From positions 640,001 to 704,000 of the forward strand of contig CAXXFL010000002.1 of the NCBI GenBank assembly GCA_963674965.2: DNA of 64,000 nucleotides. The letters are read 5' to 3'. The position numbers and the translations under genes are program-made. A model generated the notes under the pieces. The model did not search any database. It was not told the origin of the DNA and worked only from the letters and a program-made list of their open reading frames with translations. Shown here piece by piece: positions 28,095 to 38,325 of the stretch (the stretch's first letter is position 1; every line of letters starts with the position of its first letter). The DNA comes from a bacterium (lineage in GTDB: Bacteria; RBG-13-61-14; DATKZS01).

Positions 28095-29936
28095 TCAGTC
28101 CCGAATCGGGTCGGGCGCGTATTTAATGACTTCGATCGTCTCGGCGACTCCCGGGATGGACGCGGTTTCGCTTTTGCCTCTCTTGCCCCAATCGGGTGGA
28201 GGAGGTCCCATGGCTGCCACCCTCCCCGGCTCGGCCATTCCCACCAGAGCCTTGGCCATGGCCGAGGCCTTGCCTATGGCCGCGTACTCCATCTTATAAT
28301 GATGTCCCAATCCGCCCATTACAAGGGGGCCAGTCGAAACGCCGGCCCGGACCCGAGCCATGGTCTCGAAGCCGAGGGCTTCGCGAGCGAGGTCGACGCG
28401 GGCCAGGGCGGCGGTAATATCCAGGGCAAAGGACAGGGCCCGACCGTAGTGGTCTTGGCCGTAGGAGACCGCCGCCAATCCCGCCCCGTCGATGGTCAAG
28501 GGCCGGACCTTCCACTTGCCAAGGTAATGGAGCGCGACCTGGTAAAAGCTTCGGGCCATCTCCATGACCTCGGCCGGGTCCTTGTCCTGGCTTAGCATGT
28601 CGAACCCGGCCATCTCGACCCTGGCGATGGACGCCTCGAGATGAAGCTCCCGTCCCACCTCGTCGGACCCGCCCCAAGCGAAACGCTCGAGGGTCCGTCT
28701 GGCGTGACTCGTGGGAAAACGCCTGGAATAAACGTCGTCCGTCCTCTCAACCCAGGCGGCGTTGCCCGAGGCAGCGGCCATGTCCAGGGCGTCGTCAAGA
28801 TACATGGCCGCGCTCTCGAGGTCCCCGGAGCCGTAAGCGAGGTCGGACAATAAAAGGTAGGTCCGCAGCTCGGCCTCGGAAGGACCGCCGACCTGCTCGA
28901 ACAACTCCTTCATCCCCTCGAGCCAGGAATAATCGTCCACCGGCGTCGAAAGAAGGGCCGCCTCCCAGAAACCCACCAAAGCGTGCTGGGCCGGAAGATC
29001 GAAATAACGGCGGGACCGCGAAAGCCAATCCATGACCCGAGCCTCGTCCTTCATAAGGGCCGCCACCCGGGCCATGGCCAGGCAGGCGTCTCCCTTTAAA
29101 TAACCCGACTCCTCGGTCTTCTCGTACGTGTTCTCGAGGGACTTGGACTCGGCCAGGGCCTCCTCCTCCGCCCCGTCCTCGACGCAGGCCGAGACGAACA
29201 TGGTCTGGAGCCTGAAACGCTCGAGGCGGGGAAGGCTCGGACCGTATTGGTAAATCACGTTCCTCAACGCGTCCCGCGCTTTTCCGAATGAGCCGATTCC
29301 CATTTCCATCTCGGCCAGGGCCCCGTAGGTCGCTCCTACCCCGGCCCTGTCCCGGGACCTTTGTTTAAGCCGGGCCACCAGCTTGAAGGTCCTTCTCGCC
29401 TCGGACCAGGCCCCCCTTCGGGCCAGGATTTTTCCGAAGTCGTCCAGTATCCATGACTTGAGTGGAGAGTCTCCCGCCGATCCCAGAGCTTTTATCAGGG
29501 TCCTCTCAGCCTCGTCATGAAGTCCGTCCGCCATCTGAAGGCGGGCAAGAAGATAATAGGCCCGGGCCCCGGTAGCCTCATCCTCCTGGCCTATTATCTC
29601 GGACATGCGGGCAACGCGCTCGGACAGTTCAGCGTTTTTCGCCGGTCCGGCCTCGAGGGCGTCGGCCTGAAAGCTGAGGAGCAGGAGTATCCAGCTCCAG
29701 GACCCGGGTGGGACCTTGCGGTCCACGTCCGCTAAAATCGAGCGCGCGTCTCCCTGGCATGTTCCCATCACGATAAGACACGCCCTGGCGAGTCCCAGCA
29801 TCCACTCGGGACCGCCGATTTTAACCGCCAGGTTCGGCCTTTCCGGGTCGAGGGTGGGATCGTAGGTCAACTCCTCGACCAGGGCCCACCATTCATGGGT
29901 TGTAAGCTTCGTTTCCATGGGCATGAAATAAACCAA
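28095..29936 (-). CDS. TPR protein with a degenerate C-terminal class III nucleotidyl cyclase-like domain
   Basis: TPR-like helices, then RAGVSTGPLVMGGLG...MEYAAIG resembling the cyclase RIGIHTGxVxxGxxG...YTVIG motif. Confidence 0.65.
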   Translation of the reverse strand: MVYFMPMETKLTTHEWWALVEELTYDPTLDPERPNLAVKIGGPEWMLGLARACLIVMGTCQGDARSILADVDRKVPPGSWSWILLLLSFQADALEAGPAKNAELSERVARMSEIIGQEDEATGARAYYLLARLQMADGLHDEAERTLIKALGSAGDSPLKSWILDDFGKILARRGAWSEARRTFKLVARLKQRSRDRAGVGATYGALAEMEMGIGSFGKARDALRNVIYQYGPSLPRLERFRLQTMFVSACVEDGAEEEALAESKSLENTYEKTEESGYLKGDACLAMARVAALMKDEARVMDWLSRSRRYFDLPAQHALVGFWEAALLSTPVDDYSWLEGMKELFEQVGGPSEAELRTYLLLSDLAYGSGDLESAAMYLDDALDMAAASGNAAWVERTDDVYSRRFPTSHARRTLERFAWGGSDEVGRELHLEASIARVEMAGFDMLSQDKDPAEVMEMARSFYQVALHYLGKWKVRPLTIDGAGLAAVSYGQDHYGRALSFALDITAALARVDLAREALGFETMARVRAGVSTGPLVMGGLGHHYKMEYAAIGKASAMAKALVGMAEPGRVAAMGPPPPDWGKRGKSETASIPGVAETIEVIKYAPDPIRD

Positions 29937-30099
29937 TCCTTACCCGAGCAGCGACTCGTGGCCTACACGCGGGCAAGATTTTCCGGCCTATTATTACTTC
30001 TTTTTCATATAGCTTCAAAATTGCCGGGTCGGATTTCTCCATCCACCGGGAAGGTACTATAATCTTTTTCGTAAATACCATGGAAAGGACGGGGCCCTC

Positions 30100-31230
30100 A
30101 TGAAAAGGAAAAATATTAAATCGTCCGCCCGGCGCGGCGCTTTCGGCTTGTTGATTCTGGCGTCGATAGCCCTGGCCGGGGCCGCGGCTTACGGTGAGCT
30201 TTCGGCCGAGGCCTTGCACTCCGAGGCGATCGTGTGCGACCTCCACGCCGACACCCAGTTCATGATCACCTACATGGGATACGACATGAAAAAACGCCAC
30301 CGCTCGGTGGACTGGGGCCCGGCGGGAACGGCCCCCATCTTCTCGGACATCGACGTCCCCCGCCTCAAGGAGGGAGGACTGGACATGTTCACAATGGCCG
30401 TGTGTCCCTCGCCCAAGACCAACGAAAGGCCGGGGGCCGTCGCCTTCGTGAGAAGGAGCCTTAACGCCATCGACGCCATGGCGGCGAAAAACTCGGACCA
30501 GTTGGCCGTGGCTTTGACGCCGGAAGACGTCCGGGAAATCTCCGCCTCGGGCCGCGTTGCCATCCTCCTGGCCGTCGAGGGCGGACAGGGCATCGGCGAG
30601 GACCTTGACGTCCTGCGCGAGTTTTACGGGCGCGGCGTTCGGTACATGACCTTGACCCACGCCAAAAACTTGAGGTGGGCCAGCGCCTGCGGGGAGGACA
30701 ACAAGGCGGACTTCGACGGGCTCACGGACTTCGGCCGCGAGGTCGTCCATGAAATGGAGAGGATGGGAATGATGATCGACCTGGCCCACGTGTCGGAGTC
30801 AACTTTTTGGGCCACCCTCGACGCGGTCGATTGCCCGGTCCTTGTAACCCACGCGGGAGCGAGGGGACTGGCGGACCATAAGCGAAACCTTACCGACGAC
30901 CAGATCAGGGCCGTGGCCGAAAGAGGAGGAGTAATAGGCGTGATCTTTCACGCGGGCTACCTGGACCCTGAGGGAAACAAGCCCCGCGACGCCGGACTGG
31001 TGGCCGACCATATCGACTATATCAAGGCGCTGGCCGGAGTCGACGTTATCGCGCTGGGCTCGGATTACGACGGCGGCGTAAATATCCCGCCCGATATGGG
31101 ACACGCGGGCAGGCTTCCCGCCCTGACAAAGGAGCTTGTCAGGCGCGGCTACACGGAGGAAGAGATAAGGAAAATCCTCGGGGAAAACTTTCTCAGGGCC
31201 TGGGCGAAAATCGAGACTTATAAGCGCTGA
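30100..31230 (+). CDS. Membrane dipeptidase (peptidase M19), exported
   Basis: DLHAD, AVEG, GVRYMTLTH, GLTDFGREVV, IDLAH, RNLTD, LGSDYDG, LGENFLR. Confidence 0.92.
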   Translation: MKRKNIKSSARRGAFGLLILASIALAGAAAYGELSAEALHSEAIVCDLHADTQFMITYMGYDMKKRHRSVDWGPAGTAPIFSDIDVPRLKEGGLDMFTMAVCPSPKTNERPGAVAFVRRSLNAIDAMAAKNSDQLAVALTPEDVREISASGRVAILLAVEGGQGIGEDLDVLREFYGRGVRYMTLTHAKNLRWASACGEDNKADFDGLTDFGREVVHEMERMGMMIDLAHVSESTFWATLDAVDCPVLVTHAGARGLADHKRNLTDDQIRAVAERGGVIGVIFHAGYLDPEGNKPRDAGLVADHIDYIKALAGVDVIALGSDYDGGVNIPPDMGHAGRLPALTKELVRRGYTEEEIRKILGENFLRAWAKIETYKR

Positions 31231-31307
31231 TTTATCAAGCCGCGTCGTCAAGGAATGGCCGGGTCTCTTACGGCCCGGCAAGACGATCCTTCCCTGATGC
31301 GCCGGGG

Positions 31308-33422
31308 ATGCAAACAAGCCCATGGTCGTTCTATAATCGTCTCCGGTTCGGGCGCCAATATATGGAGCCTCGTTCACCGGGAAAAATGCCGCTGGATATA
31401 GATATAGAAAAAAGAAGCGACTCCGATTTGGGTCTCGGACGGCCGGCCCTCTTGGCCGTGTTCCTTCTTGCCCTGGCAGCGAGGTCGATTTATTTTTTCG
31501 AGATTTGGGACGTGACCTTTTTTAAATACCCGGTCATCGACGCCAAGACCTATCTCGATCACGCCCGCGCTCTGGCCTCGGGCATCTACCTTAACGACGA
31601 GGCCTTCTGGCAGGGACCTCTTTACCCGTACCTCATGGCCCTGGCCATGAAAATCTTCGGAGATTCCACTCCCGCGCTCCACCTTCTCCACGCGCTGCTC
31701 GGGTCCGCCAACTGCGCCTTGGCCGCGTTTCTTTCCGGCCGCGTCTTCAACCGGACCGCCGGCGTTGGCGCGGGGATGGTCACCGCCCTTTACGGGCCGC
31801 TGATCTTTTTCGACGGCGAGCTTCTTATTCCGACCCTGGCCGTATGCCTGAACCTTTTAGCCATGATTCTTATCCTTAGGGCCGAGAGACGCGGGAAGTG
31901 GAGCTATATAGCGGCGGGGGCCGTTCTGGGTCTTGCTTGTCTTGCCCGTCCCAACTCGCTCGTCATCGCGCCCGCCGTTATAATCTGGTCCTTATACTAT
32001 TCCAAAAAAGAAATGGGCTTTGGCCGCATGGCCGCGAGAATGGCATATTTCCTTTTTGGCCTTCTTTTAACCATCGCCCCCGCGACCGTTCACAACTATA
32101 TCGTGAGCCGGGAGTTCATTCTCATATCCGCCAACGGGGGGGCCAACTTCTGGATCGGCAATAATCCCGACTGGCGCGAGACCGTCTCCATCAGGCCGGG
32201 ACTGGAATGGGGCGACCTGATGGCCGAGCCTTACCTGGCGGGATACGACTCACCCGGAGAGAGGTCATCCTATTGGACGGCCAAAACCATCAAATATATA
32301 AAGGACGATCCCCTCGGATGGATTCGGTCCCTCGCCGTGAAGACCGGCCAGTTCTTCCGCGGCCACGAGTATCAAAGGAACGTGGACCTTTATTCGTACC
32401 GGAAGTATTCCAGGCTTCTTTCCCTGCTGCTCTGGAGAGGACCTCTGGGATTTCCCTACGGTCTTCTCGCGCCCCTGGCCTTTTTGGGCATGATCGTGTC
32501 CCTTCGCGAACCCACCCGGGAAAGGACCCTCCTTGTACTCTACATGTCGTTTTATAGCTCGTCGGTGGCGCTCTTTTTCGTGGCCTCCCGCTATCGGGCG
32601 CCGTTAATTCCGGTCATGGCGGGCATGGCCTGTTTTTTCGCGGTCAGGATGATCGAATGGATAAAGGCGCGCGAAACAAAGCGGGTGATTTTCTGGGTCT
32701 CGGCGGCCCTTTTGGGAATAGTCGTCTGCAATTGGGGGGCATCCCATATTCCCGGCCCTCCCCCCGCGGATATCCACCTTTTCCTGGGCCATTCGTACGC
32801 GGACGCGGGGCAAGTATCACGGGCCATCGGAGAATACGAGAAGGCCATCGAGCTGGCCCCGGACTCACCCGACGCCCGGCTCAACGCCGGGATAGGATAC
32901 CTCCTGACCGGGAGGAGGGAAGAAGCCCGGAAGGCTTTTCTCCTGGCCCAGCGACTTCGGCCCTCGAGTCCGATGACCCTGGCCTTCACTCGCCAGTACC
33001 TTGGTTCCATGGCGGGGGAGGAAGGGGACTATCAGTCGGCGGCCGCCTTATATCGAGCCGCTCTCGAGGCATATCCTTACCAGTTGGAAGCCGCCCTCAG
33101 CCTGGCAAACCTGCTGGTTCGAGTTGGACAAGAACGCGAGGCCCGAGCGGTTATCACGGACATGATCGCAAAGTACCCCCGCCGCGCAGCCCCCCGGGCG
33201 CAAATGGGAAGGATCGAAAGCCGGGCCGGCAACGTTAAGGCGGCGATCGACTGTTTCTCCCAGGCCTCGAGGTTTTCTCCCTCCAACCCCGACTACATGA
33301 TCGAGCTTGCCGCCGAGCACCTTAAAGCGGGAGAAAAAGACAAAGCCTCGCGGCTTTTGGACAAGGCGGAAAAGATAAACCCGGCGGACGCGAGAATAAA
33401 GTCCCTGAGAAAATCAATATAA
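31308..33422 (+). CDS. ArnT/PMT-like (GT-C) membrane glycosyltransferase with C-terminal TPRs; start uncertain
   Basis: IDAKTY, GPLYPY, LARPN, NGGANFWIGNNP, RYRAP; many TM helices followed by TPR repeats. Confidence 0.75.
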   Translation: MQTSPWSFYNRLRFGRQYMEPRSPGKMPLDIDIEKRSDSDLGLGRPALLAVFLLALAARSIYFFEIWDVTFFKYPVIDAKTYLDHARALASGIYLNDEAFWQGPLYPYLMALAMKIFGDSTPALHLLHALLGSANCALAAFLSGRVFNRTAGVGAGMVTALYGPLIFFDGELLIPTLAVCLNLLAMILILRAERRGKWSYIAAGAVLGLACLARPNSLVIAPAVIIWSLYYSKKEMGFGRMAARMAYFLFGLLLTIAPATVHNYIVSREFILISANGGANFWIGNNPDWRETVSIRPGLEWGDLMAEPYLAGYDSPGERSSYWTAKTIKYIKDDPLGWIRSLAVKTGQFFRGHEYQRNVDLYSYRKYSRLLSLLLWRGPLGFPYGLLAPLAFLGMIVSLREPTRERTLLVLYMSFYSSSVALFFVASRYRAPLIPVMAGMACFFAVRMIEWIKARETKRVIFWVSAALLGIVVCNWGASHIPGPPPADIHLFLGHSYADAGQVSRAIGEYEKAIELAPDSPDARLNAGIGYLLTGRREEARKAFLLAQRLRPSSPMTLAFTRQYLGSMAGEEGDYQSAAALYRAALEAYPYQLEAALSLANLLVRVGQEREARAVITDMIAKYPRRAAPRAQMGRIESRAGNVKAAIDCFSQASRFSPSNPDYMIELAAEHLKAGEKDKASRLLDKAEKINPADARIKSLRKSI

Positions 33423-33507
33423 AGCGACAAGGGAAGCTCCTCAGAGCGGGAATCAGTTTTTAACCTTGACAATCGTCCTTGGGGAAGCGAGACTAAATAT
33501 CGTTACC

Positions 33508-34014
33508 ATGAAGGAAAAAACACTTTTCTGGCTGGTCTTCTCGGCGCTATTACTGGTGGTCGCGGCCGTGTTCGCGCCCGCTTTGGCGTCCCCTTTCGGT
33601 GGCTCTCCTTTTGTCGAATCGGCCTCGAGAGGGGCATTTAGGAAAATCTGCCACCAGGACCCGGAAAGAAGCTTTATATTATTCGGCGAGCACTTGGCGG
33701 TCTGCGCCAGATGCACGGGTATATATACGGGAGCTCTCCTTGGCTGGGCCGCCCTAATATTCATCAAGGACGAGCGGAAAAACCGCCCCGTTCCGAACTG
33801 GTTTTTAATCGCGGGGTTCTTGCCCCTTGCCCTGGACGGGGCCGCCAATCTGGTTGGAATATTTCAGACCCCATCATGGATCAGATGCCTTACGGGACTG
33901 GCCATGGGGGCAACGTCCTCCCTGTCCATCTGGCCCGCGGCCAGGGACGCGTGGACCTATCTCATGTATGACATGGAGCGGGAAAATACCGAGGGGACAA
34001 AAGAGGCGGGATAA
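33508..34014 (+). CDS. DUF2085-family membrane protein
   Basis: ICHQDPERSF...VCARCTGIY...PLALDG...R..TG signature. Confidence 0.85.
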   Translation: MKEKTLFWLVFSALLLVVAAVFAPALASPFGGSPFVESASRGAFRKICHQDPERSFILFGEHLAVCARCTGIYTGALLGWAALIFIKDERKNRPVPNWFLIAGFLPLALDGAANLVGIFQTPSWIRCLTGLAMGATSSLSIWPAARDAWTYLMYDMERENTEGTKEAG

Positions 34015-34045
34015 ATAAAAGGGGAAAAGGAAGGAGAGACGGCGC

Positions 34046-34939
34046 ATGAAGGAAGGCTATGTAAAAGCAATGTTGATCGGCGGGCTGATCGCGGGGTTTC
34101 TGAACGTTATTCCCGTGCTCAATTGTTGCTGTTGTCTATGGACTATCCTGGGCGGCGTGATCGGCTCGTATATTTACGTCAACTCCGCCAGGCAATGGCC
34201 CACCGACGGGGACGGAGTCGTGATCGGCGTCGGGGCCGGGGTCATATCTGGCGTGATGTACGGCTTCTACACCCTGGCCATGCGGCTGGTCTTCACGCCC
34301 GAGACGATGATGCGGATCATGGACCAGATATTGGTCAACATGCCTCCCGAGGCGGCCGAGCAATTCCGGCAGGCCATGGAGCAGCAGTATCAGACCGGCA
34401 TAGCCGCCACCCTTGTCAGCATTGTCATATATCTTGTCGTCATCATGGGAGTCTCGGCCCTGGGCGGCTATCTGGGCATGACTTATTTCCGTCCCAAGCG
34501 CTTTGGTCCCCGTCCTCCCGGCGCTCCCATGGCCCCGGGCGGCTACTATCCGGGAGGGCCCGCCGGACCGGGAATGCCCGGGCAGGGTTACGGGTATCCC
34601 GGGCAGGGAGGGCCGCCCCCAGCCCAATACGGTGGCGCGCCCGGCGCGGGCTATGGGCAAGCCCCTCCCCCGCAATGGGGACAGCAGCCCGCCCCGGTCG
34701 CGCCCCTGGCTCCCATGGCCCCCCCGCCCCAACAGGCGGCTCCAAGCCCACAGCCGGCCACCCCGGCCCCGCCGCCTCAACCAGCGGCGCCGGCGGCGCC
34801 ACCAATGGCTCCGGCCCCTCCCACGCAACCGGCCGCTCCGGCTCCCGCTCCCCAGCGGGCCGAGCCGGCCGAGGGGCCCAAACCATCGGGCGGGGGCTCG
34901 GACGACGACGATATTTTCAAGCCTCCCACCGGCGGGTGA
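34046..34939 (+). CDS. Membrane protein with a CCCC motif and a Pro/Gly/Gln-rich tail
   Basis: LNCCCCLW, about 4 TM helices, low-complexity C-terminus; AAGGAG RBS. Confidence 0.8.
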   Translation: MKEGYVKAMLIGGLIAGFLNVIPVLNCCCCLWTILGGVIGSYIYVNSARQWPTDGDGVVIGVGAGVISGVMYGFYTLAMRLVFTPETMMRIMDQILVNMPPEAAEQFRQAMEQQYQTGIAATLVSIVIYLVVIMGVSALGGYLGMTYFRPKRFGPRPPGAPMAPGGYYPGGPAGPGMPGQGYGYPGQGGPPPAQYGGAPGAGYGQAPPPQWGQQPAPVAPLAPMAPPPQQAAPSPQPATPAPPPQPAAPAAPPMAPAPPTQPAAPAPAPQRAEPAEGPKPSGGGSDDDDIFKPPTGG

Positions 34940-35122
34940 GGTTTTGGATAAAAAATCAAGCCGCGCCTTTATTTACGAGGCCCGGAGTCAAGTGGGGCCG
35001 TCCTTGGAGCCGGTGTTGGGACTTGAAGGTTTTAATGGTATATTTAATATTCGAGCAATAAGGCAGCGGCGACTTCCGGGGGAATGCTCGTCGTCCCATC
35101 AGCGTTGAATCGGGAGGATAAA

Positions 35123-37117
35123 ATGGGCAAAGGTTACATGGGAAAGATACTATGGGTCGACCTTGGCAGGGGCGAGATGAAAGACGAGGTTATTCCGGAC
35201 GAGATATATAAAAAGTTTCTCACCGGATACGGCCTCGGGGCCAAGCTCCTGTACGACCGCGTGCCTCCCGGGGCCGACCCGATGGGGCCGGACAACATCC
35301 TGGGCATCCTATCCGGCGTGCTCACGGGAACGGGCGCCCTCTTCTCGGGCCGCTTCGAGGTCGTGTGCAAGTCTCCCCTTACCGGCGGTTGGGGCGACGC
35401 CAACTGCGGCGGTTACCTGTCACCCGCCATCAAGCGGGCGGGCTATGACGGCGTATTCTTCCAGGGCGTCTCGGAGAAGCCGGTTTACCTTCTCTTGACC
35501 GATGAAAAGGCGGAATTAAAGGACGCCTCCCACGTGTGGGGCAAGGACACGGTCGATACGGAGCGCCTGCTCAAGGAGGAGAACGCGGACGTTAAAAGGG
35601 CCCAGGTCGCCTGCGTCGGTCCGGCGGCCGAAAACAAAAGTCTCATCGCCGGGGTCTCGAACGACGGCGGGCGTTTCGCGGCGCGCTCGGGCGTGGGCGC
35701 GGTGATGGGGTCCAAAAGACTTAAAGCCATCGTGGTCTCGGGCAAGGCCAAGGTCGAGTCCAGCGACTCCGAGGGCATCAAGAAACACTCGAAGGACCTG
35801 GGCAAAAGCCTTAACAAGGCCGACTTCCTGCAAAAGGTCCTGAGCGGGACCCTGGTCAAGATACTGGGCAAGGTCACGCGTCTCAACCCCGTGGCCATGG
35901 CCAACCCCGGAGACTTCTGGTGCCAGAACCTGAAAAAGTACGGCACCATGGGCATCACGGCCATGAGCGCGGAGACGGGCGACAGTCCCATCAAGAACTG
36001 GAGCGGCGCCGGCCATATCGATTTTCCACTCAAGCGGGGAACCAAAATCAGCGACGAGTCGGTGCTCAAATATCAGGCGAAAGGCTATGGCTGCTTCTCC
36101 TGCCCGGTAAAGTGCGGGGGCATCATGAAAGTTGAAGACGGTCCCTACCCTCTCGAGGAAAGTCACAAGCCCGAGTACGAAACCCTTTGCGCCTTTGGCG
36201 CCCTTTGCCTGGTGGACGACGTGCACGCCATCCTCAAGCTGAACGACATGTGCAACCGGGGCGGTCTCGACTCGATCAGCGCCGGCGGCGTGGTGGCCTT
36301 TACCATCGAGTGCCTGGAGAACGGGATACTGACTAAGGACGACGTGGGCGGCCTGGACCTGGGCTGGGGCAAGGCCGAGCCCATGATCGATCTCCTCGAG
36401 ATGATTATCCACCGCGAGGGCATCGGCGACGTTCTGGCCGACGGGGTCAAGCGGGCGGCCGAGCGCATCGGCAAGGGCTCGGAGAAGTTCGCGGTTCACG
36501 CGGGCGGCCAGGAGCTTCCCATGCACGATCCCAAGTTCGACCCTCCCCAGGGCGTGGCCTATGAAGTCGAGCCCACCCCGGGCCGCCATACCATCTCGAG
36601 CCTGGTCTGGCAGGAGCTTATCCAGATGAACCGCTACGACAAGAACGCGGACAAGGTCAAGCCCATGGAGACGAAGAAGGCCAGAATCCGTCCTCACGGC
36701 CGGGCCAAGAACCAGGCCGTCAACTCGAGGCTGATGCAGGTGGTCAACTCCTCGGGCGTTTGCATGTTCGGTCTTACCTGCGGGCCCAAGTACCCCCTCT
36801 TCGAGTATCTTAACGCGGCCACGGGCTGGTCCCTCTCCGACGAGGACTACATGATGACGGGCGAGAGGATCGAGACCATACGCCACGCCTTTAACCTGCG
36901 CGAGGGCATCCGGTACAAGGACACCAAGATGCACCGCCGGGCCTCGGGTGAGGAGGTCATGGAAAAAGGTCCGCACAAGGGGGTGACCATCGACGCCGAG
37001 ACCATGGCCAGGGAATTCTACCAGGAGATGGGATGGGACTTCGAGACCGGAAACCCCACGCGGGAAAGACTCGAGAAACTCGGGCTGGACGAAGTTATCA
37101 AGGACATATACGGCTGA
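35123..37117 (+). CDS. aor: Aldehyde:ferredoxin oxidoreductase (tungstopterin AOR family)
   Basis: GYMGKILWVDL, KSPLTGG, GAVMGSKRLKA, CFSCPVKC, PEYET, GLDSIS, PTRERLEKLGL; GGAGG RBS. Confidence 0.93.
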   Translation: MGKGYMGKILWVDLGRGEMKDEVIPDEIYKKFLTGYGLGAKLLYDRVPPGADPMGPDNILGILSGVLTGTGALFSGRFEVVCKSPLTGGWGDANCGGYLSPAIKRAGYDGVFFQGVSEKPVYLLLTDEKAELKDASHVWGKDTVDTERLLKEENADVKRAQVACVGPAAENKSLIAGVSNDGGRFAARSGVGAVMGSKRLKAIVVSGKAKVESSDSEGIKKHSKDLGKSLNKADFLQKVLSGTLVKILGKVTRLNPVAMANPGDFWCQNLKKYGTMGITAMSAETGDSPIKNWSGAGHIDFPLKRGTKISDESVLKYQAKGYGCFSCPVKCGGIMKVEDGPYPLEESHKPEYETLCAFGALCLVDDVHAILKLNDMCNRGGLDSISAGGVVAFTIECLENGILTKDDVGGLDLGWGKAEPMIDLLEMIIHREGIGDVLADGVKRAAERIGKGSEKFAVHAGGQELPMHDPKFDPPQGVAYEVEPTPGRHTISSLVWQELIQMNRYDKNADKVKPMETKKARIRPHGRAKNQAVNSRLMQVVNSSGVCMFGLTCGPKYPLFEYLNAATGWSLSDEDYMMTGERIETIRHAFNLREGIRYKDTKMHRRASGEEVMEKGPHKGVTIDAETMAREFYQEMGWDFETGNPTRERLEKLGLDEVIKDIYG

Positions 37118-37123
37118 TCCGTC

Positions 37124-37423
37124 ATGTTCGGAAAGAAGAAACAGGTCAAGGTCAGGGTCAAGGTGGCCGGGTTCATCGACCGGCGCATGATCACGGAGGA
37201 ATTCGATTTCGAGGCCCCCGAGAAGACCAGCGTCAAGAAGCTGTTCGGCCTTATCGACAAGTCGGGACCGATCAAGGGAGGTGTGATGAGGCGCATGCTG
37301 GGTCTTCCCAAGCCTCCGGCCATCCTGATAAACGGCGACGGCATCGACCTTCCCGGCGGCCTGGGCCGTTCGATCGGCGAGGGTGACGAGATATCGATCA
37401 TGACGCCCATGGGGGGCGGATAA
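37124..37423 (+). CDS. MoaD/ThiS-family ubiquitin-like sulfur carrier
   Basis: ILING...GDEISI..PMGGG C-terminal diglycine; directly after aor. Confidence 0.88.
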   Translation: MFGKKKQVKVRVKVAGFIDRRMITEEFDFEAPEKTSVKKLFGLIDKSGPIKGGVMRRMLGLPKPPAILINGDGIDLPGGLGRSIGEGDEISIMTPMGGG

Positions 37424-37457
37424 AAATAACCGCGGACTCTTTCGAAGGAGGAGTAAC

Positions 37458-38291
37458 TTGAAGGAGGAGGAAGGCAAGCTGGCCGGCGCCGGCGGGGTCG
37501 AGATTTACTGGCGGGGCTGGATTCCCGACACCATTCGGGGCGTGTGCCTTATAAGTCACGGTCTGGGCGAGCATATAGGCAGGTACGCGGGCGTGGCCGA
37601 GGCGCTTTGCAAGGAGGACGTGGCGGCCTTTGGCCCGGACCACCGGGGCCACGGCAAGTCCGGCGGCAAGCGCGGCCACGTGAACTCCTTTTCCGAGTAC
37701 ACCTCGGACCTGGATTCCTTCCGCGGCCAGTTGGAGGAAAGGTTCGGCGAGTTGCCCATATTCCTTCTCGGCCACAGCATGGGCGGACTCATCGCCGCGA
37801 CCTACGCCACCACCCACTCGGCCGGTTTGGACGGGCTCATACTTTCCTCGGCCGCCCTCAGGGTGGAGGTGAACGAGCCCGCCATCAAGCTGGCCGTCGG
37901 AAGACTGGCCTCCAAGCTCTTGCCCTCCCTGACCATGGGAAACGGGCTGGACTCGAATTTCCTCTCACACGATCAGGCCGCGGTCAAGGATTATAACGAC
38001 GATCCCCTGGTCCACGACCGCGTGTCGGCCAGGTGGTTCACCGAGTTCACCGCCGCCATCGAGAACGTGCACGAGAAAGCGCGGGAGATAAACGTTCCCG
38101 TCCTGGTCATGCAGTCGGAAGAGGACCGGCTGGTGGCGCCGAGGGGAGCCGAGGAATTTTTCGACCGTCTGACCGTCGAGGACAAGACCCTGAAAATTTG
38201 GGAGGGGTTTTATCACGAGATGTTTAACGAGGTGGAAAAGGAAAAACCCATTTCCACCCTGGTAAACTGGATAGTCGAGAGGGTTTCCTGA
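37458..38291 (+). CDS. Lysophospholipase/monoacylglycerol lipase (alpha/beta hydrolase)
   Basis: HGLGEH, DHRGHGKS, GHSMGG nucleophile, YHEMFNE. Confidence 0.92.
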   Translation: MKEEEGKLAGAGGVEIYWRGWIPDTIRGVCLISHGLGEHIGRYAGVAEALCKEDVAAFGPDHRGHGKSGGKRGHVNSFSEYTSDLDSFRGQLEERFGELPIFLLGHSMGGLIAATYATTHSAGLDGLILSSAALRVEVNEPAIKLAVGRLASKLLPSLTMGNGLDSNFLSHDQAAVKDYNDDPLVHDRVSARWFTEFTAAIENVHEKAREINVPVLVMQSEEDRLVAPRGAEEFFDRLTVEDKTLKIWEGFYHEMFNEVEKEKPISTLVNWIVERVS

Positions 38292-38325
38292 GCCGATTTG
38301 CGACTCGGGATTTCCGCTAATTGGA

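Noticed and set aside
34500..34900. Repetitive GC-rich DNA resembling a repeat array
   Set aside because: Explained by Pro/Ala/Gly-rich coding sequence; no fixed repeat-spacer period, so not CRISPR
34940..35122. Possible Moco/Wco riboswitch upstream of aor
   Set aside because: Could not identify the conserved helices by eye; needs an Rfam covariance search
35516..37477. 653-aa minus-strand ORF (similar ones at 12182-13588, 13708-15075, 39676-41346, 56743-58158)
   Set aside because: Antisense to well-supported genes and without recognisable motifs
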